Shown here: in pieces, positions 45,210 through 54,435 of the stretch
Position numbering within the stretch: position 1 is the stretch's first letter
Layout of the letters: the number at the start of each line of letters is the position of its first letter
Notes under the pieces: generated by a model
Databases searched by the model: none
Told to the model about the DNA's origin: nothing
What the model saw: only the letters and a program-made list of their open reading frames with translations
Made by a program: the position numbers and the translations under genes
From: a virus
Taxonomy: Duplodnaviria > Caudoviricetes
IMG/VR virus record: IMGVR_UViG_3300014204_013734
Coordinates: 160,001-224,000 of that record
Direction: 5' to 3' (one strand)
DNA length: 64,000 bases

Positions 45210-47123
45210 ATGGGTGGTCCCAAGTCTAAAGCATCCCACGAAGAAATCATTTCCGTTTTCCACACGGAAGAACCCTTCAAAGCTTTTGCCGCCCGGATCG
45301 GAATGAGCCCGAATACCCTTCGGGATATTTGGAAAGCTGAATTTGGGGAAGCAGCTTTCTTTGAACGGGGAAAGCGTTTGCAGGCAAAAGCGGCTTCGGC
45401 TGTTGCCAAGGCAAGTGCTGCCGCTGGGCGGGTTTACCGTGACGTTGAACTTGTCTGTTCTTCTTGTGGACGGAAGGTTATCCTGAAGTCCAACCAAGTA
45501 GGCCAGATGGACGATCCTTCAAAATTCATATGCCATGATTGCCGTGGGGATCGGAAGTGTCCCATCTGTGGGTTGGCTATTGAAGGGAAACAAGGGCTTT
45601 CTACGCACTTTCGGTGCCGCCAGAAGGCGGGGGATGCTGCCCATACTGCCTATCTTGAAGATCAAGCAAATGCCGTTTGGGCTGGTAAGACAGAAGGGGA
45701 AGATTACGTCACTTGTTTGGAATGTGGGCACAAAGCAGAAACCCTTGCCAGGCATTTGAAGGCCGCGCATGGGTTGGATGCAGTTGCTTACACGAACAAA
45801 CACGGTTCTGGTGTTCCTATTAGGGCTGACAAAGTGACCCAGAATATGTCAAAAGCGGCTCTTGCCAGGTGTCTTATCAGCACCGGCAAGGGTGAAGTTA
45901 AGACCGTGGCGTGTCCTTCTTGTGGGGTTCTTAGGAAAGTTTCCAAGTTCATTGTCCCTGGGGTCCACGAATTGAGATGTTCTGATTGTCGGAAGAAGGA
46001 TGAGGACCTTTACTGGTCCAAATTTTCAGAACCACAGGATTTCGTGACCTGCTTGGAATGTGGTTACAGGGCTGAAAATCTTACGAGTCATCTGCAAAAC
46101 AGTCATCCTGAATACAGGAAAAAATATCCAGAGGCTTTGGTTGTAGCGTTAGGTTCGGAAGTTCGAAACAAGGATTGTTTGAAAAACGTTCCCCTTTCTT
46201 TAGAAACCCGACAGAAAATGTCACGAAATGCTGGGCGTTGGAACAAAGGGTTGACCAAAGAATCTGATTCAAGAATAGCGGCATTGGCGAAAAAATGTTT
46301 GGGTCGTGTGTCTTGGAATACGGGTTTGACGGCAGATAAGGATGAACGTGTACGCAGTATGGCTGAAAAATTGAAATTGTATGTGGGGGATTCCAGACCT
46401 TGGAGCAATGGATTGGCGGCAAATTTGACTTTGGATGATTTCAAACCTTTCCTGGATTTGGAAGGGTGCGTTGATCACCGTGCCGTTATTGAAAAGACTG
46501 GGTTTGATGAAGTTACGATTCGGAAGTGGATGAAGATTGTGGGTTTGAAGCCGAGTAAGAAATACATTAAAAATGCGGCAGAAGCACGAATTGTCCGAAT
46601 AGAAAAGGCTGATTTGGAACGCTTTCGTTTAGCCAACGGGAAAGTGGTTATTGGAAGAGTTATGGTTGGTTTAAGACATACTTTCCAGACGGTAAGGAGG
46701 GAATGTAAACGTCACGGGTTGCCTACTTGTCATCAACATATTCGGCAGACGCGTTTTTTGGACATAGTTTCCAAAATTTTAGGGGTCCCCTATGAAGAAG
46801 AATGGAATTCTCGTCGGTTTGTCAACCCAGTGTCGGGACGCCGGTTTAAGTTTGATGGTTACTTTCCATCCATCGGTTTGATTGTTGAATTTCATGGGCA
46901 CCAGCATTACACATTTCCGAATGTTTTCATGCCTCACGAATCCTATCGTCCTTTGTGGGAAGCCATGTTGGAACGGGATCGAATCAAGAAGGTCTTGATA
47001 GACGCGACACCAGATTTGATTTGGTTCAGTGTTCTGGAAAAAGAACCTTGGGAAGACGTTTCGTACTTGAAAGGACGCTTGATTGATTCAGGTGTTCTTC
47101 CTGAAGAGGAAAAAGAAACATGA
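45210..47123 (+). CDS. Zn-finger + PD-(D/E)XK (Vsr-like) putative homing endonuclease
   Basis: D(Y/F)VTCLECG..HL..H fingers, WN(K/T)GLT repeats, RFKFDGYF..IVEFHGHQHY. Confidence 0.75.
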   Translation: MGGPKSKASHEEIISVFHTEEPFKAFAARIGMSPNTLRDIWKAEFGEAAFFERGKRLQAKAASAVAKASAAAGRVYRDVELVCSSCGRKVILKSNQVGQMDDPSKFICHDCRGDRKCPICGLAIEGKQGLSTHFRCRQKAGDAAHTAYLEDQANAVWAGKTEGEDYVTCLECGHKAETLARHLKAAHGLDAVAYTNKHGSGVPIRADKVTQNMSKAALARCLISTGKGEVKTVACPSCGVLRKVSKFIVPGVHELRCSDCRKKDEDLYWSKFSEPQDFVTCLECGYRAENLTSHLQNSHPEYRKKYPEALVVALGSEVRNKDCLKNVPLSLETRQKMSRNAGRWNKGLTKESDSRIAALAKKCLGRVSWNTGLTADKDERVRSMAEKLKLYVGDSRPWSNGLAANLTLDDFKPFLDLEGCVDHRAVIEKTGFDEVTIRKWMKIVGLKPSKKYIKNAAEARIVRIEKADLERFRLANGKVVIGRVMVGLRHTFQTVRRECKRHGLPTCHQHIRQTRFLDIVSKILGVPYEEEWNSRRFVNPVSGRRFKFDGYFPSIGLIVEFHGHQHYTFPNVFMPHESYRPLWEAMLERDRIKKVLIDATPDLIWFSVLEKEPWEDVSYLKGRLIDSGVLPEEEKET

Positions 47124-47623
47124 GAACCTTAACCCTTTTCCTAATCCTCTTGGTTTTGACGGCGTGTGCCGGGCCTCAGCGTGTTCCGAGAAGTTTCCCT
47201 ACTGCTTTTTCCGCTGTGAATCTTTCCGGGGACGAAAAGAAGCTTGTGTCGGCGTGTTATTCCAAGGTATCCAGGAATGACGCGAAGGTAGCTGCTTACA
47301 AGGACAAGACGGAAACAACGGGAAAGATACTGGCCCTTGTTTCCGGGGGTGTCGGGGGGTCAGGTTCGTTGGCAGCAGGGTTGACGGCCAAGTATGGGGG
47401 CACGAAGGACGGAACCCTTACTATTGCCATTGTCACTGGGGCCATCACACTGGCAAGTGGGATTGCTGCCGCGGCGGTTGGGAGTAGGGATAGCACTATT
47501 GCCTTGCTTGAAGAAGAGTCGGGCAAGATACTTGACTGTGTAGACAGTGTTTGCGCCTTGGAAGGGGGATCAGATAAGGCTTTGTCTTCTTGTTGGGAAT
47601 TTTTGGATTCGGTTTGCCGGTGA
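47120..47623 (+). CDS. Predicted lipoprotein with Gly/Ala-rich hydrophobic hairpin
   Basis: MRTLTLFLILLVLTA|C lipobox; two G/A-rich hydrophobic helices. Confidence 0.7.
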   Translation: MRTLTLFLILLVLTACAGPQRVPRSFPTAFSAVNLSGDEKKLVSACYSKVSRNDAKVAAYKDKTETTGKILALVSGGVGGSGSLAAGLTAKYGGTKDGTLTIAIVTGAITLASGIAAAAVGSRDSTIALLEEESGKILDCVDSVCALEGGSDKALSSCWEFLDSVCR

Positions 47624-47629
47624 TTTTTG

Positions 47630-47680
47630 AAAAACAGGGACCATTTCGCCGATGTTAGCAAAATGGTCCCTGGCCTTTTT
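47630..47680. terminator. Bidirectional terminator between convergent genes
   Basis: cagggaccattt ... aaatggtccctg flanked by A and T tracts. Confidence 0.7.
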
Positions 47681-47682
47681 GT

Positions 47683-48945
47683 TCACATGTCCAAAAGGGC
47701 TTCGTTCCTCACTTTGTCTTGTTTCATTTTCACGATGGCTGCTACCTTTTCAACGGCGGTGTTAACGATCTGTTGAAGGGTCGTTTGGATGTCTGGGACG
47801 CATTTGATCTTCCAAAGTTCGTCTTGGGGCATCCCGAGGAAATGGGCACAGTTCGCCAGGGCTACCTTGTTTTCATCCGTCAGCAGATTACGGAACCCGT
47901 CCGGTGTAGGGGATGGGGTTTGCGGATTCCCGTCGTTTGACCGGAACCAATTGGGCAGGTATTCATGGGCATGTTCCCAAGGTCCCAAATTTGATGGAGA
48001 CGTCTCAGGGGCGCACGTTTTTTGGGGTCTAGTTCCGACCTGACCAACGCCTTTGTATTCGGTGTCATCCCGAACATTAGTGCCTACTGAAGGTTTCGGT
48101 GGGGCGGGGGGTCGGATGTTTCCGACGTAGGTTTCGGATTTGATGGGTGTCGGGAAGTCCAGTTTTCCAACGTCGGCGACAGCGGGATCCTCAAAGACTT
48201 TTGGTTTGACGGTGCATTCCCAAGTGAATGATCTCTGGCCAGGAATCCGGGTTTTCTTGAATTTGTCGGGATTTTCGCTGAGAATTTTCTGTGCCGTGGT
48301 GCTATCCACAATCAGGAGCTTTTCGTTTTCCAGTTCCTTTACGGTCTTTCCGGGGAACGCCCGCAGGATGCGAATCAACAGTTCCAGTTTCCAGGTCTGT
48401 TCGAAATCCTTTTTGAAAATGCAGATGGGGTCCGTGCCATCAAGGACGGCGTAATAGAAATTCCTTCCGTGCTTGTTTGGAGACCATTTTCGTGGTTTTC
48501 CTGCGGATTCCTTCATTAGGAGTCCCGCATCGATCAGTGAACGCATGTGTCCGACTATTTCCAGGGCAGAAGGCAATCTGGGGTCAGAAACGGAACCTAC
48601 TGCCCTATAGGCGGCTAGGTTCTTGTTTTTGAACGCGAACTTTCTGAACATTGTGATGCCATGTTGGTAGATTTCTTCTTCCGTGAAACTGTCGTTTCTG
48701 TCACCCATATTCGCCAAGATGATGAAGGTCTTGATGGCTCCTGCCGAAATCGGGGGCTTTCGCATTTCCTTTTTTGGTGTGAAGTCTGTCATTTTCGTTT
48801 CTCCTTTTTTGGTTTCCTGTTGGTTTGCACTTGATTCTGGGAATCCTCTTGGGAAATCATTCATCAGTTCCCGGAAATCCAACAACTCTTCTTGGAAAGC
48901 AAGGGACCTGATTTCTTCCCTCGAAAACGGGATGCCTTTTTTCAT
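47683..48945 (-). CDS. Hypothetical protein (possible winged-helix DNA binder); only long minus-strand gene
   Basis: GGAGG RBS before 48945 and a second AAGGAG RBS before in-frame ATG 48792; no competing + strand ORF. Confidence 0.7.
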   Translation of the reverse strand: MKKGIPFSREEIRSLAFQEELLDFRELMNDFPRGFPESSANQQETKKGETKMTDFTPKKEMRKPPISAGAIKTFIILANMGDRNDSFTEEEIYQHGITMFRKFAFKNKNLAAYRAVGSVSDPRLPSALEIVGHMRSLIDAGLLMKESAGKPRKWSPNKHGRNFYYAVLDGTDPICIFKKDFEQTWKLELLIRILRAFPGKTVKELENEKLLIVDSTTAQKILSENPDKFKKTRIPGQRSFTWECTVKPKVFEDPAVADVGKLDFPTPIKSETYVGNIRPPAPPKPSVGTNVRDDTEYKGVGQVGTRPQKTCAPETSPSNLGPWEHAHEYLPNWFRSNDGNPQTPSPTPDGFRNLLTDENKVALANCAHFLGMPQDELWKIKCVPDIQTTLQQIVNTAVEKVAAIVKMKQDKVRNEALLDM

Positions 48946-49103
48946 TTGCTTCCTCCAAAATCTAACACCTAGTCTTTTCTACCCGAAAAAGCGTAAAAGT
49001 TTCCTTTCTAAAACTATTTTCTTTTTGTTGACAGTTTTCTTGGCAGTTCTTGACAGAACGGGGTATTATGGAAGGGTGTTTGTTGGAATGGAGGTTTTCT
49101 AAC

Positions 49104-49493
49104 ATGAAGATGAAATTGAGTGAGTTGGCGGAAAGAACGGGAGTATCAGTTAGGACGATACGGTACTGGATCGCGGAAGGGGTTCTGCAAGGACCTTCCG
49201 GGATGGGTCCGGGCGGGCATTACACGTCTGTCCATGAAGCGGCGGTATTGCGGATCAAGAAACTGAAGTTTAATGGCCTGTCCCTGACCGAAATCAAGAT
49301 GAAGTCAGGACGGGACGGACCTCCGTTGCCCATGGAACCGATTTTGGTCCCGACCAAAACCCTTCTTTTTTCAAAGGGTTCAGAAGTGCAAGTCCTTGTG
49401 GACGACGGACTTCCGGAAGGGATGAAACAGATGGTTTTTGAAGAAGTGTTCCGGTTTTTCAAAAGGTTGGAAGGACAGGAGGAAAGCAGATGA
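49104..49493 (+). CDS. MerR-family HTH regulator
   Basis: MKLSELAERTGVSVRTIRYWIAEGVL..Y..LRIKKL..GLSLTEIK. Confidence 0.88.
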   Translation: MKMKLSELAERTGVSVRTIRYWIAEGVLQGPSGMGPGGHYTSVHEAAVLRIKKLKFNGLSLTEIKMKSGRDGPPLPMEPILVPTKTLLFSKGSEVQVLVDDGLPEGMKQMVFEEVFRFFKRLEGQEESR

Positions 49494-51988
49494 ACTTCGT
49501 GAATATTCAGGGTGGGAACGCCCTTGTGAATGCAGAAAATGGGACCCCTATTCCTTTGGCGATGCAGAGGCTTGACCTATCGGGCCGGGCTACTCCTGCG
49601 GGCGCCATGCTTCGGGTCACCCACAGCTTCAGGTGCGAAGACACGGAACCCATGGAAGCCCTTTACACGTTCATGCTTCCGAGAACGGGGATCGTGCGTC
49701 GGTTCGTCGTCAAGGGTGAGAACTTTGAGGCGGAATCCAAACTGGCCCCGCGAGAAGAAGCCAGGAAGGAATATGAAACAGGAGTTGAAGCGGGACACCT
49801 TTCCGTTTTATCTGAAACGAACCCTGATGGGATGGTGACCTTGTCCGTCGGGCAGGTTCGTCCCGACGAGACGATCACGGTCGCCATCGACATTGTTTCC
49901 GGTGTAGAAGTCAAGGATAAGAGCTTTCGTTTCCGTTTTCCCTTCACCTTGGCGCCGAGTTACCATTCCTTGGCGAAGATTACGGCAACTCCTGGTGGGG
50001 GAAAGACGGAACTTCCTTCCGATGTGTTTGGGGATATCATCCTTCCGGAATGGAAGAGGGATGCTTCCGGACTCCATCAGGTGTCTTTCAGGATGTCTGT
50101 TGACGTTGGGGGCCCCCTGGATTCCGTATCGTCTCCATCCCACCGCATCCTTGTCCGTCCAGGGGCCAACGGGACGGCTGAAATTGAACTGGCGGGGGTT
50201 TCGGACGTCCCCAACCGTGATTTGGTCATTGATGTGCGTGGAAAGGAAGCAGTTCCTACCTTGTTTGTTGATGAATCTTTGGTCGGGAAGAAATCTCACA
50301 AAGATTGCAGGCTTCCAGATGGGGCTCCTCGTTGGTCTGTAGCCATCCCGTCCGTTTCAACCCTCCTTCACCCGAAAACAAAAGAAGAGTTGAAACGGAA
50401 GATGTGCTTTGTTCTTGATTGTTCCGGGTCCATGGGGGGACAGCCGATCACTAGGGCCATCCTGGCTTTGAAAGCGTGCTTAGCGGCCCTTCAACCCAAG
50501 GACGAATTCGGTTTGATTAAGTTTGGCAGCACGTCTGTTGCTTTTGATCCTTCTTTGGCGAAGGCCACTGAAACTAACCGCAAGAATGCGGCAAAGTTCC
50601 TTGGTTCAAATACCAACCTAGGGGGTACGCAACTTTGCGGGGCTTTGGGCAAGGCCATTTCCGTGCTTGGCGGATCGGGAGGGGACATCTTTCTCCTCAC
50701 AGACGGGCAGGTTTTTGGTACCGGGGACATTTTGAAACAGTGTGTCGGTACGGGGACGCGGATACATGTCCTTGGTATCGGGTCGGCAAGTCAGGACAGG
50801 TTTTTGGCGTCTTTAGCCCGTCGGACAGGGGGTGTAGAACGCATGGTAGGGGTGAACGAGGACGTAGCGGGGAGTGCCTTAGCACTTTTCAACGCGGTTC
50901 ATCAACCTGTCAGGACCGATGTGGACGTGTCAGTTTCGGTAGGAGGCAAGAAGACAGTTCAGAAGCACAGGGTTGAGACTGTGTGGGACGGGGTGCCCAT
51001 TATCATTTTCGATGACGGGTCAACCGGAAAAAGCATTCCCTCTGCCGTGACCCTTTGTTGGGGGAAAGGCAAGAAGGACAAGGTCAAGGTTCCCATCCAG
51101 GAAACGCGTTCCGTTATGGACGGGTTGAACGCCATTTTGTGGGCTGGTCAGGAAGCGGAAGACCTTGATTCAGACCTTGATCGGGAAAACGAAGATCCAG
51201 CCGGGGCAGTTTCCAGGCTGAGGTTGGTTTCCTTGTCTACTCGTTACGGTTTAGCAACCAGGGTCATGTCGTTGGTTGCCGTCATTCACCGTGTCGGGGA
51301 TCAAGCCAAGGATGTGGTTCAGAAGGTCGTGGCGGTCGGTGTTCCGGAAGGAATGGATGCCGATGGTGTGTTTGGAACTCCCAAAAAATCGGGGATTCTC
51401 CGGTCTTGCGGGTTCCAGACCTATTCCAACACCCAAGCAATAGGGTTCGACACCACCAGAGGGCCTCTAAAGTCAAGTGTTCCGAGGTCAATTGATGCGT
51501 TTTCCTGCAAGGGTTCTTCAGATTCCGTCATTCCTTCCTCATTTTTTACGGAAATCTGTGATTCTGGACCTTTGCAGGATGATCGTGTCTGGGATTCGGC
51601 ACTGAACTTGGAAGATCCTGCCCCTGCCAAAGATTTGTTTGCTTACTTGGCCGACTTGCAGGATGATGGCGGGATCTTTGCGCCTAACCCCTTCCTGAGT
51701 CTTGTCAGAACGGCCCTGGTTGCCCTTCTGGCCCACGCCAGTGATTATGGCATGGGTTCAGACGTGGGTTCGTTGTACGGCCAGCATATCAACAGGATGA
51801 CCCGATTCCTGAATAATCGTTTGCAGGACGAAACGACAAAGGCCATCATCGCTATTTTGGAGGGGTACAAACCCGTTGCAGAAACGTCAAGGTTGGAAGA
51901 AATGTTGATCCGGATGTCAGGAACTCCTTCTGCCGCTGACACCAAGAAGGCATGGACAGAAGTCAAGGTTATCGTTTCCGTTGCTTGA
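49490..51988 (+). CDS. VIT + von Willebrand A domain protein
   Basis: PMEALYTFMLP..EEARKEYE (VIT); FVLDCSGSMGG, GGTQL, FLLTDGQV (MIDAS). Confidence 0.92.
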   Translation: MNFVNIQGGNALVNAENGTPIPLAMQRLDLSGRATPAGAMLRVTHSFRCEDTEPMEALYTFMLPRTGIVRRFVVKGENFEAESKLAPREEARKEYETGVEAGHLSVLSETNPDGMVTLSVGQVRPDETITVAIDIVSGVEVKDKSFRFRFPFTLAPSYHSLAKITATPGGGKTELPSDVFGDIILPEWKRDASGLHQVSFRMSVDVGGPLDSVSSPSHRILVRPGANGTAEIELAGVSDVPNRDLVIDVRGKEAVPTLFVDESLVGKKSHKDCRLPDGAPRWSVAIPSVSTLLHPKTKEELKRKMCFVLDCSGSMGGQPITRAILALKACLAALQPKDEFGLIKFGSTSVAFDPSLAKATETNRKNAAKFLGSNTNLGGTQLCGALGKAISVLGGSGGDIFLLTDGQVFGTGDILKQCVGTGTRIHVLGIGSASQDRFLASLARRTGGVERMVGVNEDVAGSALALFNAVHQPVRTDVDVSVSVGGKKTVQKHRVETVWDGVPIIIFDDGSTGKSIPSAVTLCWGKGKKDKVKVPIQETRSVMDGLNAILWAGQEAEDLDSDLDRENEDPAGAVSRLRLVSLSTRYGLATRVMSLVAVIHRVGDQAKDVVQKVVAVGVPEGMDADGVFGTPKKSGILRSCGFQTYSNTQAIGFDTTRGPLKSSVPRSIDAFSCKGSSDSVIPSSFFTEICDSGPLQDDRVWDSALNLEDPAPAKDLFAYLADLQDDGGIFAPNPFLSLVRTALVALLAHASDYGMGSDVGSLYGQHINRMTRFLNNRLQDETTKAIIAILEGYKPVAETSRLEEMLIRMSGTPSAADTKKAWTEVKVIVSVA

Positions 51989-51995
51989 TTTTTGG

Positions 51996-52033
51996 AAGAA
52001 AGGCCCCCGGATTTCGGTCTGGGGGCCTTTCTT
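51996..52033 (+). terminator. Rho-independent terminator
   Basis: aagaaaggcccccggat-ttcg-gtctgggggcctttctt. Confidence 0.9.
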
Positions 52034-52107
52034 GTTACGTTGGATTGCCTATGGGGTTGACTTTGGTGTAGCCTACGTATGTTGGGCATCAAAAATTGGA
52101 GGATCCC

Positions 52108-52968
52108 ATGGCAGCAGATGCAACCTCGAAAGCCATACCTGGAAACGCAGATAACCATCCCGCTAACGGCGTGGGCGGAACGTCTTATCTGTATGATTTC
52201 GGCACCAGCCCCAATACCAGGACGGCAGTGTCACAGAAGGTCAGGATTTTGACCCCGCATTACGGGGATTCGTCGGCAATGAATCAAATGGGAGTAATTT
52301 CCCAGTTTGCCCCGACCGAAAGTAAAACGGTTGAACCGGTCCGCGGTATCGGTTTTGGCGACAAGGTTGCCGAACTGGTTCCGTCGGTTACGGAACCAAC
52401 TACCGCGAACTTTGAAAGAGCCTTGCTCTATCTCTGCAATCTCTGGCAGGCGACCGGGTATGCGGCAGGGGTTGATGGGCCTGTCCGGTCGTTACGTCAT
52501 CACCGGTGGCCATTTGACGTTGAACAGCAGTTGGTGTTTTCCAGCCTCGTGGACAGTGACATGGGCCCGGATTATGCCAACGTGGGATGGAATGGGACTT
52601 CGGGCAAGTTTGACGGCGGCGTCAAGTCAATATCCTATCCATCCGTAACGCCAGACCCCCGCAACGAACCATCAAATGGGAAGCACGGTCATTCCGCACT
52701 CATCACCATCTACGAAGCGTGCTGGTTTACCAGTTGGAATGCGACTTTCGCCAAGGATTCCGGGATGATTATGGAATCGGGCGACATCATGGTTTCTGAC
52801 GTCCATGACTTTGCCAGCATGTACGGGGAATTCCTTGCTACCGGCAATGATCCGACCATCGGGCAGCTTGGATCCATCCGCTTTATTGGGGCTGAAGGCT
52901 TTGCTACGGCGCAAGCCGGCAGTGGCATTAGTGGTGGGTCGTCAACTTCTGCCTTCGTGAACGCTTGA
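52108..52968 (+). CDS. Tail tube protein
   Basis: GVISQF..ESKTVEPVRGIGFG..ELVPS, RSLRHHRWPFDV, TIYEACWFTSW..IMES; precedes chaperones and tape measure. Confidence 0.75.
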   Translation: MAADATSKAIPGNADNHPANGVGGTSYLYDFGTSPNTRTAVSQKVRILTPHYGDSSAMNQMGVISQFAPTESKTVEPVRGIGFGDKVAELVPSVTEPTTANFERALLYLCNLWQATGYAAGVDGPVRSLRHHRWPFDVEQQLVFSSLVDSDMGPDYANVGWNGTSGKFDGGVKSISYPSVTPDPRNEPSNGKHGHSALITIYEACWFTSWNATFAKDSGMIMESGDIMVSDVHDFASMYGEFLATGNDPTIGQLGSIRFIGAEGFATAQAGSGISGGSSTSAFVNA

Positions 52969-53202
52969 TTTTGAGTCCCGACGGCTGTAACAGGTCGTCG
53001 GGACATTTACAGGTTGGGACCGGGATTTCGGCCTGGCGACCTTGTTCAGATGGACTGACACATGTACGGATGGTTCGGACCGCGTTTCTTCCGCCCTGAT
53101 GTATGGGTTGGTAAGATTGATGTGAAAATACGGACGGAAAACGCTTCTTGAGCTGTCCCTGTCGCCTATGGCCGTTTCCCATGAAACAGGGAGACGGTTT
53201 CT

Positions 53203-54429
53203 ATGTCAAACATTTCCTTTACTGTCCTGGAAAAGGTTTTTGCTCCCATTGAAGCCATTGGCCACGATGAATTGGTGGTTGATGCGGGGGGGACTTCGGT
53301 CACGCTTCGGGTGCTTCTCCCGGAAGAAGAAAACAACGTCCAGCGGTGGGCGTCGGAAGTCATGCCGGAAGAAAACCGGAAGACGACTGTAGACGCCATG
53401 GACTACCTGGAACGGTTCAAGGTCGGCATTTTGTCCTATGCCATTATTGGCGTTAGCGGGCAGGATTTGCATGACGTTGATTTCGTGGAAACCGGAGAAA
53501 CCCTCCCTAACGGGGCCAAAGTCAAGGTGTCTCGTAACGTAGCGTTGCGGGGGGTTCTTTTCAAATGGTCCGGCGCCCTGAGGACTCGGTTGTTCAACAA
53601 GTATGCAGAACTTCTGAAGCACATGGAAACACGGGCTGAAGAAGCCATCGTTTACGAACCTTCTGATTTGGATACCGAGATTGAACGTCTTGAAATTCGT
53701 CTAAAAGACCTGAAGAATGAAAGGGATCGGCAAAAGGCCGGAACCTATTCGGGATTGTCCGAACAGATTCGTGCCGTAGCAGCACTGGATTCTGACCGTC
53801 GTCAGGACAATTTGGATGCCATGGCCAAACTTTCGGCTGTACGGGCGGATGCGTCCCAGCAAACCTTAGCTGAAGCAGCCGGAATTGATCCAAATCAAAT
53901 CGACCCAACCCAGGTCAAGGTAAGAACCCCCGGATGGGAAAAAACCCCTTCCGTCCCCCCGCCTGAAAGAATTGAAACAGCTCCCGCCCAGCAGCCCCCT
54001 GTTTCTTCCCCTGTTGGAGGGGATTCATTTGTGAATGCTTCTGATCCTGATGCTTTGGCAGCGGAAGCTATTGCGGAAACCAACAGGTTGGTTGCAATGC
54101 GGAGAAGAGTAGCTAAAGAAGAAGCGGAAAAGGCATCTGTTGAAACTCCGCAAGCATTTGCTGCCGGGCACCGTCCCCCGCACCTGGATGCGGCCGAAAC
54201 GGTTGTGGAAACGAATTTGGATTCTGAAGAACTGCGTTTGTTGCGGAAGGCTCGGGAAGATCGGGAGACACCTGTTGGGACTCTGGAAGGGGCTCCGGTG
54301 TACAAGATGCCTTCGGAACCACTGGAACGAAAAATGCCGGCTTTTGACGGTAAGCGGCTACCCTTGAACAGTCCTGTTCCGAATCAAGGACGGAACCCAA
54401 GATTTCAACCACCAAGAAACAAGATTTGA
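53203..54429 (+). CDS. Putative tail assembly chaperone
   Basis: VTLRVLLPEEE..ILSYAIIGVSG..RLFNKYAEL; lies between tube and tape measure. Confidence 0.55.
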   Translation: MSNISFTVLEKVFAPIEAIGHDELVVDAGGTSVTLRVLLPEEENNVQRWASEVMPEENRKTTVDAMDYLERFKVGILSYAIIGVSGQDLHDVDFVETGETLPNGAKVKVSRNVALRGVLFKWSGALRTRLFNKYAELLKHMETRAEEAIVYEPSDLDTEIERLEIRLKDLKNERDRQKAGTYSGLSEQIRAVAALDSDRRQDNLDAMAKLSAVRADASQQTLAEAAGIDPNQIDPTQVKVRTPGWEKTPSVPPPERIETAPAQQPPVSSPVGGDSFVNASDPDALAAEAIAETNRLVAMRRRVAKEEAEKASVETPQAFAAGHRPPHLDAAETVVETNLDSEELRLLRKAREDRETPVGTLEGAPVYKMPSEPLERKMPAFDGKRLPLNSPVPNQGRNPRFQPPRNKI

Positions 54430-54435
54430 TGTTCT

